Positions 45,936 through 55,532 of a stretch of 61,311 nucleotides of DNA are shown one piece after another. The notes beneath the pieces were generated by a model that searched no databases, was not told the DNA's origin, and saw nothing but the letters and a program-made list of their open reading frames with translations. Numbering within the stretch: position 1 is the stretch's first letter; each line of letters begins with the position of its first letter. Origin of the DNA: a virus. Taxonomy: Duplodnaviria > Caudoviricetes. Where the stretch lies: the IMG/VR virus record IMGVR_UViG_3300043399_000562, positions 1-61,311 of that record; one strand, written 5' to 3'. The position numbers were made by a program, and so were the translations under genes.

Positions 45936-47246
45936 GTGAACTTCGATCTCAATGCCATCGCGGCGGCCTACAACAACGGCGGCCACTCAATTTTTGGGCC
46001 ATCCTCCAGCAGCATGTGGCTGGTGTGCTCGGGCTCGCTGATACCGAACATCCTGGCGCAAGACGACGGGACGATCGAGGCGGCTTACGGGACCGTCGCA
46101 CATGAAGTCGCAGAGGCGTGGCTGACGTTGCGACGCAAGCCGAAGCACATGATCGGCAAGACCTACATCGTCTATTCGGGCACATGGGGTTACGCCATAA
46201 CGGTCGATCATCAGATGATCGACTACGTTCAGGAGTCAGTTGATCGCTGCATCCTGCTGCCTGGCCTGCAGATGACCGAGCAGCGCGTGGACTTCTCCCG
46301 ACTGACCCCGATACCGAATCAGGGCGGAACACTCGATTTCGCGTCGATCGACGGCGACTACGTCAACGTCATCGACCACAAGTTCGGAAAAGGGGTCATG
46401 GTCTATGCGCAGAACAACACTCAGGCCATGTTGTATGCGCTTGGCCTTGTCTACAAGCACGACAAGGCGTTTGGCGGCAAGTACGACATGCGTCGCTTCC
46501 GCCTTGCGATCCACCAGCCGCGCCTCGACCACTTCGACGAATGGGAGTGCTCGCGAGACGACCTGATGGAGTTTGCGGGCTATGTCCGCGAACGTGCAAA
46601 GGCCGCCTGGAAGCTGGATGCGCCGAGAACACCCGATCCGAAGGCATGCCAGTTCTGCAAGGTGAAGCAGACGTGTGCTGCGAATGCACGCATGCAGTTG
46701 CGCCTGGTTGCCGATCAGACCGATGCAGCGTTTGCCGAATCGACGGCAGAAGAGATTCGCGAGTTCAAGCAGGAGTTGGCGGCTGATCTTCTCAGTGTCA
46801 GTCCCGTCGATCCTCTCTCGCTGACAACCGAAGAACTCGAACGACTGCGTCCATACAAGCGGATGGTCGAGGGCTTCTGGAAGACCGCGGATCACGAACT
46901 GCTGAGGCGTGCTCTGAGCGGTGTCCCGATGACTCGCTACAAGGCTGTCGAGGGTCGCTCGAATCGTGTGTTCAAGAACCGCGATGAAGCCGCCACGCAT
47001 CTGATCAAGCACGGCTGTGATGAGAAGGATGTGATGGTCACACAGGTCGTCTCGCCGGCAGAGGCTGAGGCACTGTTGATCAAGGCTGGCCACCGTCGCA
47101 AAGATCTCCCCGAATTGCTGGATGGGCTCGTTCGCAAGCCTCCCGGCAAACCGACGCTCGCTCCGCTTCACGACAAGCGGCCGGCGTTGGAAGACCAATC
47201 GGCGATTGCGTTCGCCGATTCAACCGATGACTACGAGGAATCGTGA
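45936..47246 (+). CDS. DUF2800 Cas4-like PD-(D/E)xK exonuclease
   Basis: HS..GPSS..WLVCSGS, GTLD, IDHKFGKG, IHQPR, CQFC, VEGRSNR. Confidence 0.85.
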   Translation: MNFDLNAIAAAYNNGGHSIFGPSSSSMWLVCSGSLIPNILAQDDGTIEAAYGTVAHEVAEAWLTLRRKPKHMIGKTYIVYSGTWGYAITVDHQMIDYVQESVDRCILLPGLQMTEQRVDFSRLTPIPNQGGTLDFASIDGDYVNVIDHKFGKGVMVYAQNNTQAMLYALGLVYKHDKAFGGKYDMRRFRLAIHQPRLDHFDEWECSRDDLMEFAGYVRERAKAAWKLDAPRTPDPKACQFCKVKQTCAANARMQLRLVADQTDAAFAESTAEEIREFKQELAADLLSVSPVDPLSLTTEELERLRPYKRMVEGFWKTADHELLRRALSGVPMTRYKAVEGRSNRVFKNRDEAATHLIKHGCDEKDVMVTQVVSPAEAEALLIKAGHRRKDLPELLDGLVRKPPGKPTLAPLHDKRPALEDQSAIAFADSTDDYEES

Positions 47247-47247
47247 T

Positions 47248-47940
47248 ATGGCACTCAAGAGCGTCAAGAAGGGCAAGAACTTCGAGGTATTCGAGGACGA
47301 CCGTGGTGAGAAGCTGATCCGCATCGACAAGGTGCGCGTCAGCTACCCGGCATTCGGTCGGCAGAAGGAACAGGAAGACGACAACGGCGGTACGAGCAAG
47401 TCGTGGGGCGGCGTCGCCATGCTCCCGAAGGCCACGCATGTCGAGGCGAAAGATGCGTTCATGTCGATCCTGAACGCGATCATGGACAAGGAGAAGGTCA
47501 AGATCCCTCCCGAGTTCCGGTGCATCAAGAACGGTGATGACAAGGACAAGGAGGAATACAACGGCCATTGGCTGATCAACTTCTCGGACAAGAAGCGGCG
47601 GCCTGCCGTACGCGACGAGCACGGTCGGCTGATTATCGATCCGGAGCGTGCGCACGATCACGAGTACATCGAGGGCGCTCTGGACGCGATCGACGAGATG
47701 TTCTTCGGTGGCGTGTGGATCTCGGTGCTGCTGCGCCCCTGGTATTTCAACGGCAAGTCGCGTGCGTCGGCGAAGACGTATCCGAAGCGTCTGTGCTGCG
47801 GATTCAATGGCGTCAAGTTTGACCGGACCGACAAGCCGTTTGGCAATGGCCGCATCGACGACAGCGACGCATGGGGTGAAGCCGATCAAGATGGCTCGTC
47901 TCACGCCGGGAACGATCGGGACGAAGACGATGGGCTGTGA
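47248..47940 (+). CDS. DUF2815 ssDNA-binding protein
   Basis: VRVSYP, PFG, acidic tail; follows DUF2800. Confidence 0.8.
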   Translation: MALKSVKKGKNFEVFEDDRGEKLIRIDKVRVSYPAFGRQKEQEDDNGGTSKSWGGVAMLPKATHVEAKDAFMSILNAIMDKEKVKIPPEFRCIKNGDDKDKEEYNGHWLINFSDKKRRPAVRDEHGRLIIDPERAHDHEYIEGALDAIDEMFFGGVWISVLLRPWYFNGKSRASAKTYPKRLCCGFNGVKFDRTDKPFGNGRIDDSDAWGEADQDGSSHAGNDRDEDDGL

Positions 47941-48077
47941 CGCAACGGCGGTGTCGCACTTCCTCGCATTCTGTGCCGGTCTAATCGTCGCGTACAACAT
48001 CATTTGCAAGTCACGATGACCGGTCATCCGGAGCCGCTGCGGTACAGCGGCGTTCACCAACCCTGAAGGGAAACATC

Positions 48078-48275
48078 ATGGAAATGGAAAAGTGCAAGCA
48101 GGGCACGAAGGTCATGGTCGATATGCGCAACGGCGGCAGGGAGAAGGCGGTGCTGCTCGGCCCGCCCGAGATCCGAGGGAAGGGCCACTACGTCCAGGTG
48201 GGCTACGTGGACGACAAGGGCAAGGCCACCGGCAAGACTGGCTGGAAGCGCCCGAGCGAACTCACCAAGCGGTGA
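48078..48275 (+). CDS. Small SH3-like protein
   Basis: AAGGGA SD; RPSEL. Confidence 0.6.
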   Translation: MEMEKCKQGTKVMVDMRNGGREKAVLLGPPEIRGKGHYVQVGYVDDKGKATGKTGWKRPSELTKR

Positions 48276-48389
48276 TGGCAGCGCACTGGCCGAACGGCTA
48301 GTGTGCTTCGGCGGGTGTCCGATTGGGATCTCCACCGAAGCAACAGAGAGCGGGCTAGGCCGAGAGCCGCGCGAAGCCCGGCATACAGC

Positions 48390-50432
48390 ATGACCCCTCA
48401 TTACGCATCGAATCGGCCTCGGGCCGTATGCGATACCGAGTGCTTTTCGAACTACTGGTCGATCGGCTTTCAGTCAGTAGAAGATGAGCGCCGGAAGGTG
48501 TTCGAGTTCTACCCGGGTCATCCACTCGATCGCGCGGGCATCGCGAAGGTTCTGCGGAACTGGTGCATCGTTGGCTTCAACATCATCAAGTACGACATTC
48601 CGATGATCGTTGTGGCGATGCAGCCCGCGGTCACGAATCAGTTCCTGAAGCGATGCAGCGATGAATTGATCCTGACGGGTGTGCCGCATTGGAAGTGGCT
48701 TCGGAACATGGACCTAGAGGTCCCGTCATTCATCGATGCCATCGACCTGATGGATGTCAACCCGGGCGCTGCTGCGAAGCCTTCTCTCAAGATCTGCGGA
48801 GGACGCCTCCACAGCAAGCGGATGCAGGATCTGCCATTCGAGCACGACCATGTGCTGACGGACGACGACCGTGCTGTCATTCGTTCGTATCACGGCAACG
48901 ACCTTGAACTGACGCTGGACCTGCACTCCGAGTTGCAGCCTCAGATCGAGCTACGCATCGCCATGAGTAAGCAGTACGGCGTTGATCTGCGAAGCAAGTC
49001 GGACGCACAGATTGCCGAGGCTGTCATTCGCAAGGAGATCGAGCGTTTGACCAAGACTCCCGTCTACAGGCCTGAGATCAATGCTGGTGTCTTCTACTAC
49101 GAGCCGCCGAAGTGGTTGGGCTTCGACACTCAGTCGATGAGGCAAGTGTTGCATGAGGTGCGGAAGACACCTTTCGTCGTTGATCAGACCGGCGTCGTGC
49201 AGATGCCGAAGTACCTAGCAGACAAGAAGATCGAGATCGGCAGCAGTGTCTACCGCATGGGCATCGGCGGCTTGCATAGCAGCGAAGAGAGCGTTGCCTA
49301 CCGCTCCGATGATGAGTTTGTCCTGACAGGTCCTGATGTCACCAGCTACTACCCGAACATCATCATCAAGAACCGCTTGATCCCTGAGCACCTCGGGCAG
49401 CCGTTCCTCGATGTCTACAGCAGCATCTATCAGCGACGTGTAGCAGCGAAGCGCAAGGGCGACAAGACCACTAGTGAGTCGCTCAAGATCGTGCTTAACG
49501 GTTCGTTCGGAAAGCTGGGCTCGCCTTACTCGGTGCTGTATTCGCCCAACTTGATGATCCAGACCACGGTTACGGGGCAACTTGCTCTGCTGATGCTGAT
49601 CGAGCGGCTTGAGCAGAGTGGTGTGAAGGTCGTCAGTGCCAACACCGATGGCATCGTTAACCTCGTGCGCCGCAAGCATCTTGATGTCTACACTGATGTT
49701 ATTTGGGACTGGGAGGAACGCACGGGCTTCAACATGGAGGACTCTCAGTTCTCCGCACTCTATTGCCGCGACGTGAATGCATACATCGCCGTTGACACAA
49801 AGGGCAAGGCCAAGACCAAGGGTGCGTTTGCAACCGGAGGGCCTGGGATGCCTGCAGCAATGGGGCTGAAGAAGAATCCGGCTTCTGACATCTGCTCAGA
49901 CGCAGCGGTTCTGTTCTTGTCGAAAGGCATTCCCATCGAAACGACGATCAACTCGTGCAACGACATTCGTAAGTTCGTCACAGTTCGGCGCGTGAACGGC
50001 GGCGCACACATTGACGGTGTGCCGATCGGGAAGGCTGTTCGCTGGTACATGTCCACGCAGCGTTCTGATGCGCTGCAGTATCTGAAGGACAACAAGAAAG
50101 TTCCGAGGTCCGAAGGCGCGATGCCGATCATGGAGTTGCCCGAAGGGTATATCTGCCCGCCCGACCTCGATCGGGCCTGGTACATCCGTGAGAGTTACGC
50201 AATCCTTCAAGACGTTGGCTACGGGTCCATTGATCCTAAGCTGCGTGGACGGTCAGGTGTCTTCTTTGGGACGCTGCCGAAGCAAAAGACCGTGCATAAG
50301 GTCGTTGCTTCTACGGGAGTTGCGCTTTGCGGCAGGACGCGGGAAAGCATCCGCATCGAATGGGAAGAGTTGAACTCTGTTCCAATCGGTCAGCGGCTCT
50401 GTAGCAACTGCAGGAAAGTGAGTGATCTGTGA
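48390..50432 (+). CDS. DNA polymerase, family B-type
   Basis: Exonuclease motifs DTE and GFN..YD; DVTSYYP, KIVLNGSFGK, NTDG. Confidence 0.9.
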   Translation: MTPHYASNRPRAVCDTECFSNYWSIGFQSVEDERRKVFEFYPGHPLDRAGIAKVLRNWCIVGFNIIKYDIPMIVVAMQPAVTNQFLKRCSDELILTGVPHWKWLRNMDLEVPSFIDAIDLMDVNPGAAAKPSLKICGGRLHSKRMQDLPFEHDHVLTDDDRAVIRSYHGNDLELTLDLHSELQPQIELRIAMSKQYGVDLRSKSDAQIAEAVIRKEIERLTKTPVYRPEINAGVFYYEPPKWLGFDTQSMRQVLHEVRKTPFVVDQTGVVQMPKYLADKKIEIGSSVYRMGIGGLHSSEESVAYRSDDEFVLTGPDVTSYYPNIIIKNRLIPEHLGQPFLDVYSSIYQRRVAAKRKGDKTTSESLKIVLNGSFGKLGSPYSVLYSPNLMIQTTVTGQLALLMLIERLEQSGVKVVSANTDGIVNLVRRKHLDVYTDVIWDWEERTGFNMEDSQFSALYCRDVNAYIAVDTKGKAKTKGAFATGGPGMPAAMGLKKNPASDICSDAAVLFLSKGIPIETTINSCNDIRKFVTVRRVNGGAHIDGVPIGKAVRWYMSTQRSDALQYLKDNKKVPRSEGAMPIMELPEGYICPPDLDRAWYIRESYAILQDVGYGSIDPKLRGRSGVFFGTLPKQKTVHKVVASTGVALCGRTRESIRIEWEELNSVPIGQRLCSNCRKVSDL

Positions 50433-50707
50433 GAGAGAAGAACGAGCTAGAAAGCAACATCGAGAGTGAAATCATCGACTTCGCTCAGGTGCGCGGATGG
50501 TGGGAGGCGAAGTTTGTCTCTCCGGGTCTGCGCGGCGTATGCGATCGCATCATGCTGCGCCGAGGCAGAACCGTCTTTATCGAGGTGAAGAGGCCGGGTG
50601 AAGAACCAACTCCGCAACAGAAGAGGCGAATGATGGAGATCCGTGCGCAGGGCGCCGAGGTCTACTGGGTCACGAGTCTGGAGCAGGCCCGTGGAATCCT
50701 TCGATGA
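50429..50707 (+). CDS. VRR-NUC nuclease
   Basis: ESNIE, FVSPG..GVCDR, FIEVKRPG..PTPQQ. Confidence 0.9.
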   Translation: MREKNELESNIESEIIDFAQVRGWWEAKFVSPGLRGVCDRIMLRRGRTVFIEVKRPGEEPTPQQKRRMMEIRAQGAEVYWVTSLEQARGILR

Positions 50708-52286
50708 TCGCATCCGTCGCAAGTTCGAACTGGTCCAGTACGACCGTTCGGACATGCGCGACTATCAGGTCGAGGATGTAGAGACATTCAAGCGCATGCC
50801 GTATGGATTTGCCTACATCGGCATGGGCCTTGGCAAGACCGTTACGTTTGGAACGCTGATCTACGATCTGATCTGCGACGGCATGGATGACAAGGTGCTG
50901 ATCCTTGGTCCCATTCCCGTCATCGCTTCGTCCTGGCCGGATGAGTTTCGCAGTTGGCGCCACTTGGCAGCACTGAACTTCACGGTGCTTCGCGAAGACG
51001 ATGCCGATCCGCGATTGAAGGCTGCAAGGAAGGCAGCGAGGCTTCGCGGCGAGAAAGAGAGTGGCGCAGAGACAGCGATGCGGGTAAGCATTCGCCACGA
51101 ACTCGCCCGTTCGCGGGCTCAGATCCACCTTGCCAACTTCGAAGCGATCGAGTGGCTGGTTGAGTTCTGGGATCGGAAGTGGCCCTACCGTCTTGTCATC
51201 ATTGACGAGGCTTCTCTGTTCAAATCGCACAAGTCAACACGGTTCGATCTATTGAAGCGCATAAGGCTTGGGCAGGGGTACATCAAGCGTCTGTATTTGC
51301 TGACAGGAACACCGTTCAGTGAGGGTCTTGAGTCGTTGTTCTCACTGACCTTTCTCTTAGACTGCGGCCAACGCTTCGGCAAGCACGTTACGAAGTTTCA
51401 GAACGAATACTTCATCAGCAACAGGTACAGCTTCAAGCTGGAGCCTCGAAGCGACGCTGCGGTGCGGTTGCTGAATGCGATCTCGGACATTTCGGTCGTG
51501 AGGAAGAGAGAAGATCACTTCGATACGAAAGACCCTCAGATCATTCGCAGGAAGGTGCTGCTTCGTCAGTCCGAGATGGAGTTGTACCAGGCGCTGCAAG
51601 ATGACTATCTGGTGAAGCTGCCAGATGGCAATGAGATCGAAGCGGAGACTGCGGCAGCACTCAGTCAGAAGTTGTGTCAACTGGCAAGCGGGGTTCTTTA
51701 CGAGACGGTCCTTGAGGAACCCGAAGGGTACGACCCGGATGATGACGACCGGCCAGACCTAGTGCGAGTGCGCAGAGTTCATCACATCCACGATCACAAG
51801 ATCGAGATGCTCAGGCAGATCGTGGACGAACTGAACGGCAAGCCAATACTTGTCTCGTATCAACATAGGTCTTCCCTCGACAGACTGGTCAAAGCGTTCC
51901 CGAAGGCAGTCAAGTGGGACAAGTCTGGCAAGACAAAGGAGCCGTGGAACAAGGGCAAGATCAAGATGATGCTGATGCATCCGAAGTCTGGAGGGCACGG
52001 AAACAACCTTCAGGCTGGCGGCCACCACATCGTCTTCTTCGACATCCCATGGTCGCGCGATCAGTTTGCTCAACTGATAGGGCGCCTCGACCGACAGGGT
52101 CAGAGGAACGAGGTTGTGGTGTTCTTGCTCATAGCTGCAATGACGATTGACGAGACGATCGCTAAGGCTCAGGAGCAGAAGCGGGACGCTGAAGAGGCTG
52201 CATACAGGTTGCTCAAGTCGATGATTGCCAAACGTCGTCGCAAATCCCGCATAACTTGTGAGGAAGATTCCACCACCGGTAGATGA
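50691..52286 (+). CDS. SNF2-like helicase
   Basis: MGLGKT, IDEAS, LTGTP, GHGNNLQ, RLDRQGQ; start uncertain. Confidence 0.9.
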   Translation: MESFDDRIRRKFELVQYDRSDMRDYQVEDVETFKRMPYGFAYIGMGLGKTVTFGTLIYDLICDGMDDKVLILGPIPVIASSWPDEFRSWRHLAALNFTVLREDDADPRLKAARKAARLRGEKESGAETAMRVSIRHELARSRAQIHLANFEAIEWLVEFWDRKWPYRLVIIDEASLFKSHKSTRFDLLKRIRLGQGYIKRLYLLTGTPFSEGLESLFSLTFLLDCGQRFGKHVTKFQNEYFISNRYSFKLEPRSDAAVRLLNAISDISVVRKREDHFDTKDPQIIRRKVLLRQSEMELYQALQDDYLVKLPDGNEIEAETAAALSQKLCQLASGVLYETVLEEPEGYDPDDDDRPDLVRVRRVHHIHDHKIEMLRQIVDELNGKPILVSYQHRSSLDRLVKAFPKAVKWDKSGKTKEPWNKGKIKMMLMHPKSGGHGNNLQAGGHHIVFFDIPWSRDQFAQLIGRLDRQGQRNEVVVFLLIAAMTIDETIAKAQEQKRDAEEAAYRLLKSMIAKRRRKSRITCEEDSTTGR

Positions 52287-52331
52287 ATGCATGCTAGCTT
52301 TCGATGTTCCATCGTCATCGGAGGTTAGAAA

Positions 52332-53015
52332 TTGGGATCGACGGCAGAGTTTCGTCGAGCGTTCGTCGCTAGGTTGAAGGAAGCATGCGACGAATCGTCT
52401 TTGATTCCTGATCCCGGTAAGGGTCGCCAGCAGATGATTGCCGACAGGCTTGGCGTTGGCGCAGAAGCTGTCTCGAAATGGTTCAAGGGTGTGGCAATGC
52501 CGCGTCCTGACAAGATGGCCATGCTTGCGGACCTTCTGGAGACTGATCAGTCGTGGTTGACGTTCGGCATACAGCCTGAACTGGACCGTTCTGAACGCAG
52601 GCTGCACGCCCGCGAATCTGATGGTGCCGTTCACTACGTATGGGGCTTGCTGGCGCTTGCAGGGGGACATTGCGGCGAGCCAAGCCAGCGTGACCCACGC
52701 GCGGCCTATGTTGACTTCTACGCTACGCTGCGCGGATCGGTCTATCCATTGTCGGTGCGTCTGGCAACCGATAACGGACGAGATCAGTTCAACGTCACGG
52801 TGCCCGTCGAGTACAGGTCAACTCGGGTGATCGTTGTGATCCCTGTTGGTCCTGGTCGTTACGACTGCATCGATCTTCCGATCGAGATCATCGATGAATA
52901 CAAGGAGCGTAAGGGTGGAGAGTATCGTCTGACGTTCAGCAATGGTCAGGGTGGCCGGTATTTCTTCGGAAGCCAGCAGATTCAACGGATCAAGAACTTC
53001 GGTGAGTTGAAGTGA
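52332..53015 (+). CDS. XRE-family HTH regulator (repressor candidate)
   Basis: IADRLGVGAEAVSKWFKGVAMPR...WLTFG. Confidence 0.85.
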   Translation: MGSTAEFRRAFVARLKEACDESSLIPDPGKGRQQMIADRLGVGAEAVSKWFKGVAMPRPDKMAMLADLLETDQSWLTFGIQPELDRSERRLHARESDGAVHYVWGLLALAGGHCGEPSQRDPRAAYVDFYATLRGSVYPLSVRLATDNGRDQFNVTVPVEYRSTRVIVVIPVGPGRYDCIDLPIEIIDEYKERKGGEYRLTFSNGQGGRYFFGSQQIQRIKNFGELK

Positions 53016-53227
53016 AGCAAGATCTTCCTTGGATAGCTCTAAAGGATGTATGCCACATGTACGGTGTGACGTTCGAGACAGCGAAGAACAAGATCGCCAT
53101 GGGGACATTTCCAGTGCCAACGTACAAGGCTGGAAAGATTCTGGTCATCGACAAGGTCGTCCATGAAACCTACTTCGCGCGCCTGCGCACGGACGGTCTT
53201 CGGCGCCTGGATTCCACCCGGAGTTGA
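53012..53227 (+). CDS. Excisionase-like small DNA-binding protein
   Basis: LKDVCHMYG...FPVPTYK; next to the integrase. Confidence 0.65.
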   Translation: MKQDLPWIALKDVCHMYGVTFETAKNKIAMGTFPVPTYKAGKILVIDKVVHETYFARLRTDGLRRLDSTRS

Positions 53228-53303
53228 CGACTCCACCAAGAGGCTGTAGAGTTCGCACGCCTTCGGGCAGTTGCGTGATACGGGGTTTGGTAGGGTGTGG
53301 AAT

Positions 53304-53331
53304 GGGGCCGGCGGTTCGTGCTGCCGGCCCC
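53304..53331. terminator. Hairpin between convergent xis and int
   Basis: GGGGCCGGC...GCCGGCCCC. Confidence 0.5.
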
Positions 53332-53339
53332 CTCTTCCA

Positions 53340-54353
53340 TTACGCAGCAAGTAGCTGCCTTTCCCGCTCGATCAACGACTCGGGCCGCACATGCGTGTAG
53401 CGACGTAGCATCTTCCAGTCTCGGTGCCCGCTCACTAGCGCAACCTCGTGGATCTGAAACCCCGCCTCGAACATGCGGGTTATGCCTTCGTGGCGCAGAT
53501 CGTGAAGCACGACGTCCAGCACACCGGCCTTGACGGCAGAGTCGTGAAAGACCTTGCTCACATACATGGGATTGAGCGGCCAGATCCGCTTGTCTTGTCT
53601 TGGCAAGGTCAACAGCAGTTCGAACGAGCCCTGTAGCAGCGGTACATGCTGGTGGTTGCCGAACTTGCGCGTTGGGTGCTTCCTATCCCTGACAAGCACT
53701 GTCCTGTTCTCGATGTTCAGGTCGTCCCAGGTAATGCGGCAGACCTCACCGATCCGCATGCACGTCCATAGGCAGAAGTCTAGAAGTGCGGGGCCGTGGC
53801 CACGAAACCGCTTGGCCAGCTTCGACTTGATGGCTGTCAACTCCACATTGCTGACTCTGCGGTTTCGCTCGTTGGGACGACGTAGGTAGCCGCCGTCGAA
53901 GAGTTGTGCCTTAGACCGCTCGATGTCCTTCCATGGCACATCGATGCCCCAGTGGTACTCGGCCTGCTTCAGCACCCCGCACAGACGCGCTATGTGCCAG
54001 TAGGCAGTGCTGCCACTGACATCAGTCTGCTTGAGCACCCAGTCGATGAGGCCGCGTCCATGAAGGTCGGCTAGGGTTACTCCGTCGAACCTGTTCTTGA
54101 TTGAAGGGATGTCATGGGCGAGATGAGACGCGGCCATTTGGCGCTTCGGCCCGATCTCCGTCGCGTATCGATCGATGAGGTGTGTCAGCGACAAGCGACG
54201 ACTCGATACATCGATCGCTTCCAGATTCATTTCAACTTCGCGAATCCACTTCTTCGCCTCTTTGGCGGTTTCGAACGTCTTGCTCTGTTGGGGGTGGCCG
54301 GCCTTCCGAACCAGTGCTCTGAACTTCCCACCCCTGTTGACGATGGTTCCCAT
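53340..54353 (-). CDS. int: Tyrosine integrase
   Basis: MRIGE, HDLRHE, SGH..W..L.RY catalytic residues. Confidence 0.93.
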   Translation of the reverse strand: MGTIVNRGGKFRALVRKAGHPQQSKTFETAKEAKKWIREVEMNLEAIDVSSRRLSLTHLIDRYATEIGPKRQMAASHLAHDIPSIKNRFDGVTLADLHGRGLIDWVLKQTDVSGSTAYWHIARLCGVLKQAEYHWGIDVPWKDIERSKAQLFDGGYLRRPNERNRRVSNVELTAIKSKLAKRFRGHGPALLDFCLWTCMRIGEVCRITWDDLNIENRTVLVRDRKHPTRKFGNHQHVPLLQGSFELLLTLPRQDKRIWPLNPMYVSKVFHDSAVKAGVLDVVLHDLRHEGITRMFEAGFQIHEVALVSGHRDWKMLRRYTHVRPESLIERERQLLAA

Positions 54354-54389
54354 TTGGCTTCTCCGTTAAGGAGATACCAAGGTACATCG

Positions 54390-54648
54390 TGGCACAGCAC
54401 TGGCACAGTTCCACAAATGGTCGATGAACATTCATCGAAGAATCAAGTATTTAGGAATGCATGTGGATGACGGATGATGATGATCCGTGAAACGCAAAAG
54501 CAACGTAAATTCAAACACTTAGAGTTGCTGCAACAAACATCTCTTGGCATGACCGAGTACATGGGTTGTTCCGTAGCAACACATCAATCCTAAGAAGATC
54601 AGTCACTTAGCTTGTTTCGCGCAGATCATGGAACAACTTCTGGCACAG
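54390..54648. other. Putative attP region
   Basis: TGGCACAG arm-type repeats at 54390, 54401 and 54641; IHF consensus AATCAAGTATTTA at 54441. Confidence 0.6.
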
Positions 54649-54715
54649 CCGATGGGCAAATGTCCGGCAGCTTGGGGCACGAAGGACTTGTGATACTGTC
54701 GCTGGCAAATGTTCA

Positions 54716-54943
54716 GTGAACACCATGCGTGACGTCAACAAGACCCTGGTCGAGTTCGAACAGCTACTTGGCCTGGAGCCAGTGAGAGCGTGCCGAGTGC
54801 TGGGCGTCTCCTACGTCACGTATGCGCACTACCGCAACAACAGCAGGGAACTGCCGCCCTATCACCGTCGCCATATCCGTAACCTGGGATACATGACCCG
54901 GCGACAGTTAGACGCAATCATCACCGAGGTATGCAGTGGCTAA
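54716..54943 (+). CDS. Small HTH protein upstream of terS
   Basis: ACRVLGVSYVTYAHYR. Confidence 0.7.
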   Translation: MNTMRDVNKTLVEFEQLLGLEPVRACRVLGVSYVTYAHYRNNSRELPPYHRRHIRNLGYMTRRQLDAIITEVCSG

Positions 54944-55532
54944 GGCAAGCGAACACAACGACGTGGCGATGTCGCGATCTGAAGAAGACGCGATCGGGAT
55001 TCTCTGTGCCAAGGGCGCGACAATTGCACAGATAGCCCGACTGTTCGGCACGACGGCGTACCTTGCCGGGCAAGCACTGGCCGACCTCGCACCGATCGGA
55101 TCGCGGCGCGGCTCACCCGTCTATCTGATCAAGGACGCGGCACCGTACTTGATCAAGGCGCCCATCGACAAAGAAGAGATCGAGCGGGCAATCCTTGCCA
55201 TGAAGCCCGTCGATCTTCCGAAGCAGTTGCAGAAGGAGTTCTGGGGTGCGCTCCGGGCACGACAGGCGTATCGCCGAGAGGCCGGTGACCTATGGCCTAC
55301 GACCAAGGTTATCGAGCACGTCGGCGATCTCTACAAGCTGGTCGCTATGTCCGCTCGCCTTACCAGCGACGCAGTGGAGCGGCAGATCGAACTGACGGAG
55401 GCGCAGCGCAAGCTGATCAAGGATCAGATGAACGGGATGCTCAAGAACCTCGAACACAGCATCAAGGACAAGTTCAGTGCGCCGGAAGGCGACGTGGCCC
55501 CAGACGACGAAGACGATGACAAGACGATTTAA
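54936..55532 (+). CDS. terS: Terminase small subunit (DUF1441-like)
   Basis: IKDAAPYL, DLPKQLQKEFW, AGDLWPT; precedes TerL. Confidence 0.85.
   Translation: MAKASEHNDVAMSRSEEDAIGILCAKGATIAQIARLFGTTAYLAGQALADLAPIGSRRGSPVYLIKDAAPYLIKAPIDKEEIERAILAMKPVDLPKQLQKEFWGALRARQAYRREAGDLWPTTKVIEHVGDLYKLVAMSARLTSDAVERQIELTEAQRKLIKDQMNGMLKNLEHSIKDKFSAPEGDVAPDDEDDDKTI

Noticed and set aside
45936-47246. Cas4 as evidence of a CRISPR system
   Set aside because: A DUF2800-type nuclease is a normal part of this replication module.
53340-54353. The integrase as the IntI serving the attC sites
   Set aside because: It looks like an ordinary phage integrase beside xis, arm and IHF sites, with no evident IntI-specific insertion, and it lies ~28 kb from the array.
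54540-54590. dusA-type or tRNA attachment core
   Set aside because: I could not match a dusA 5' segment or a tRNA 3' end, so the core remains unidentified.
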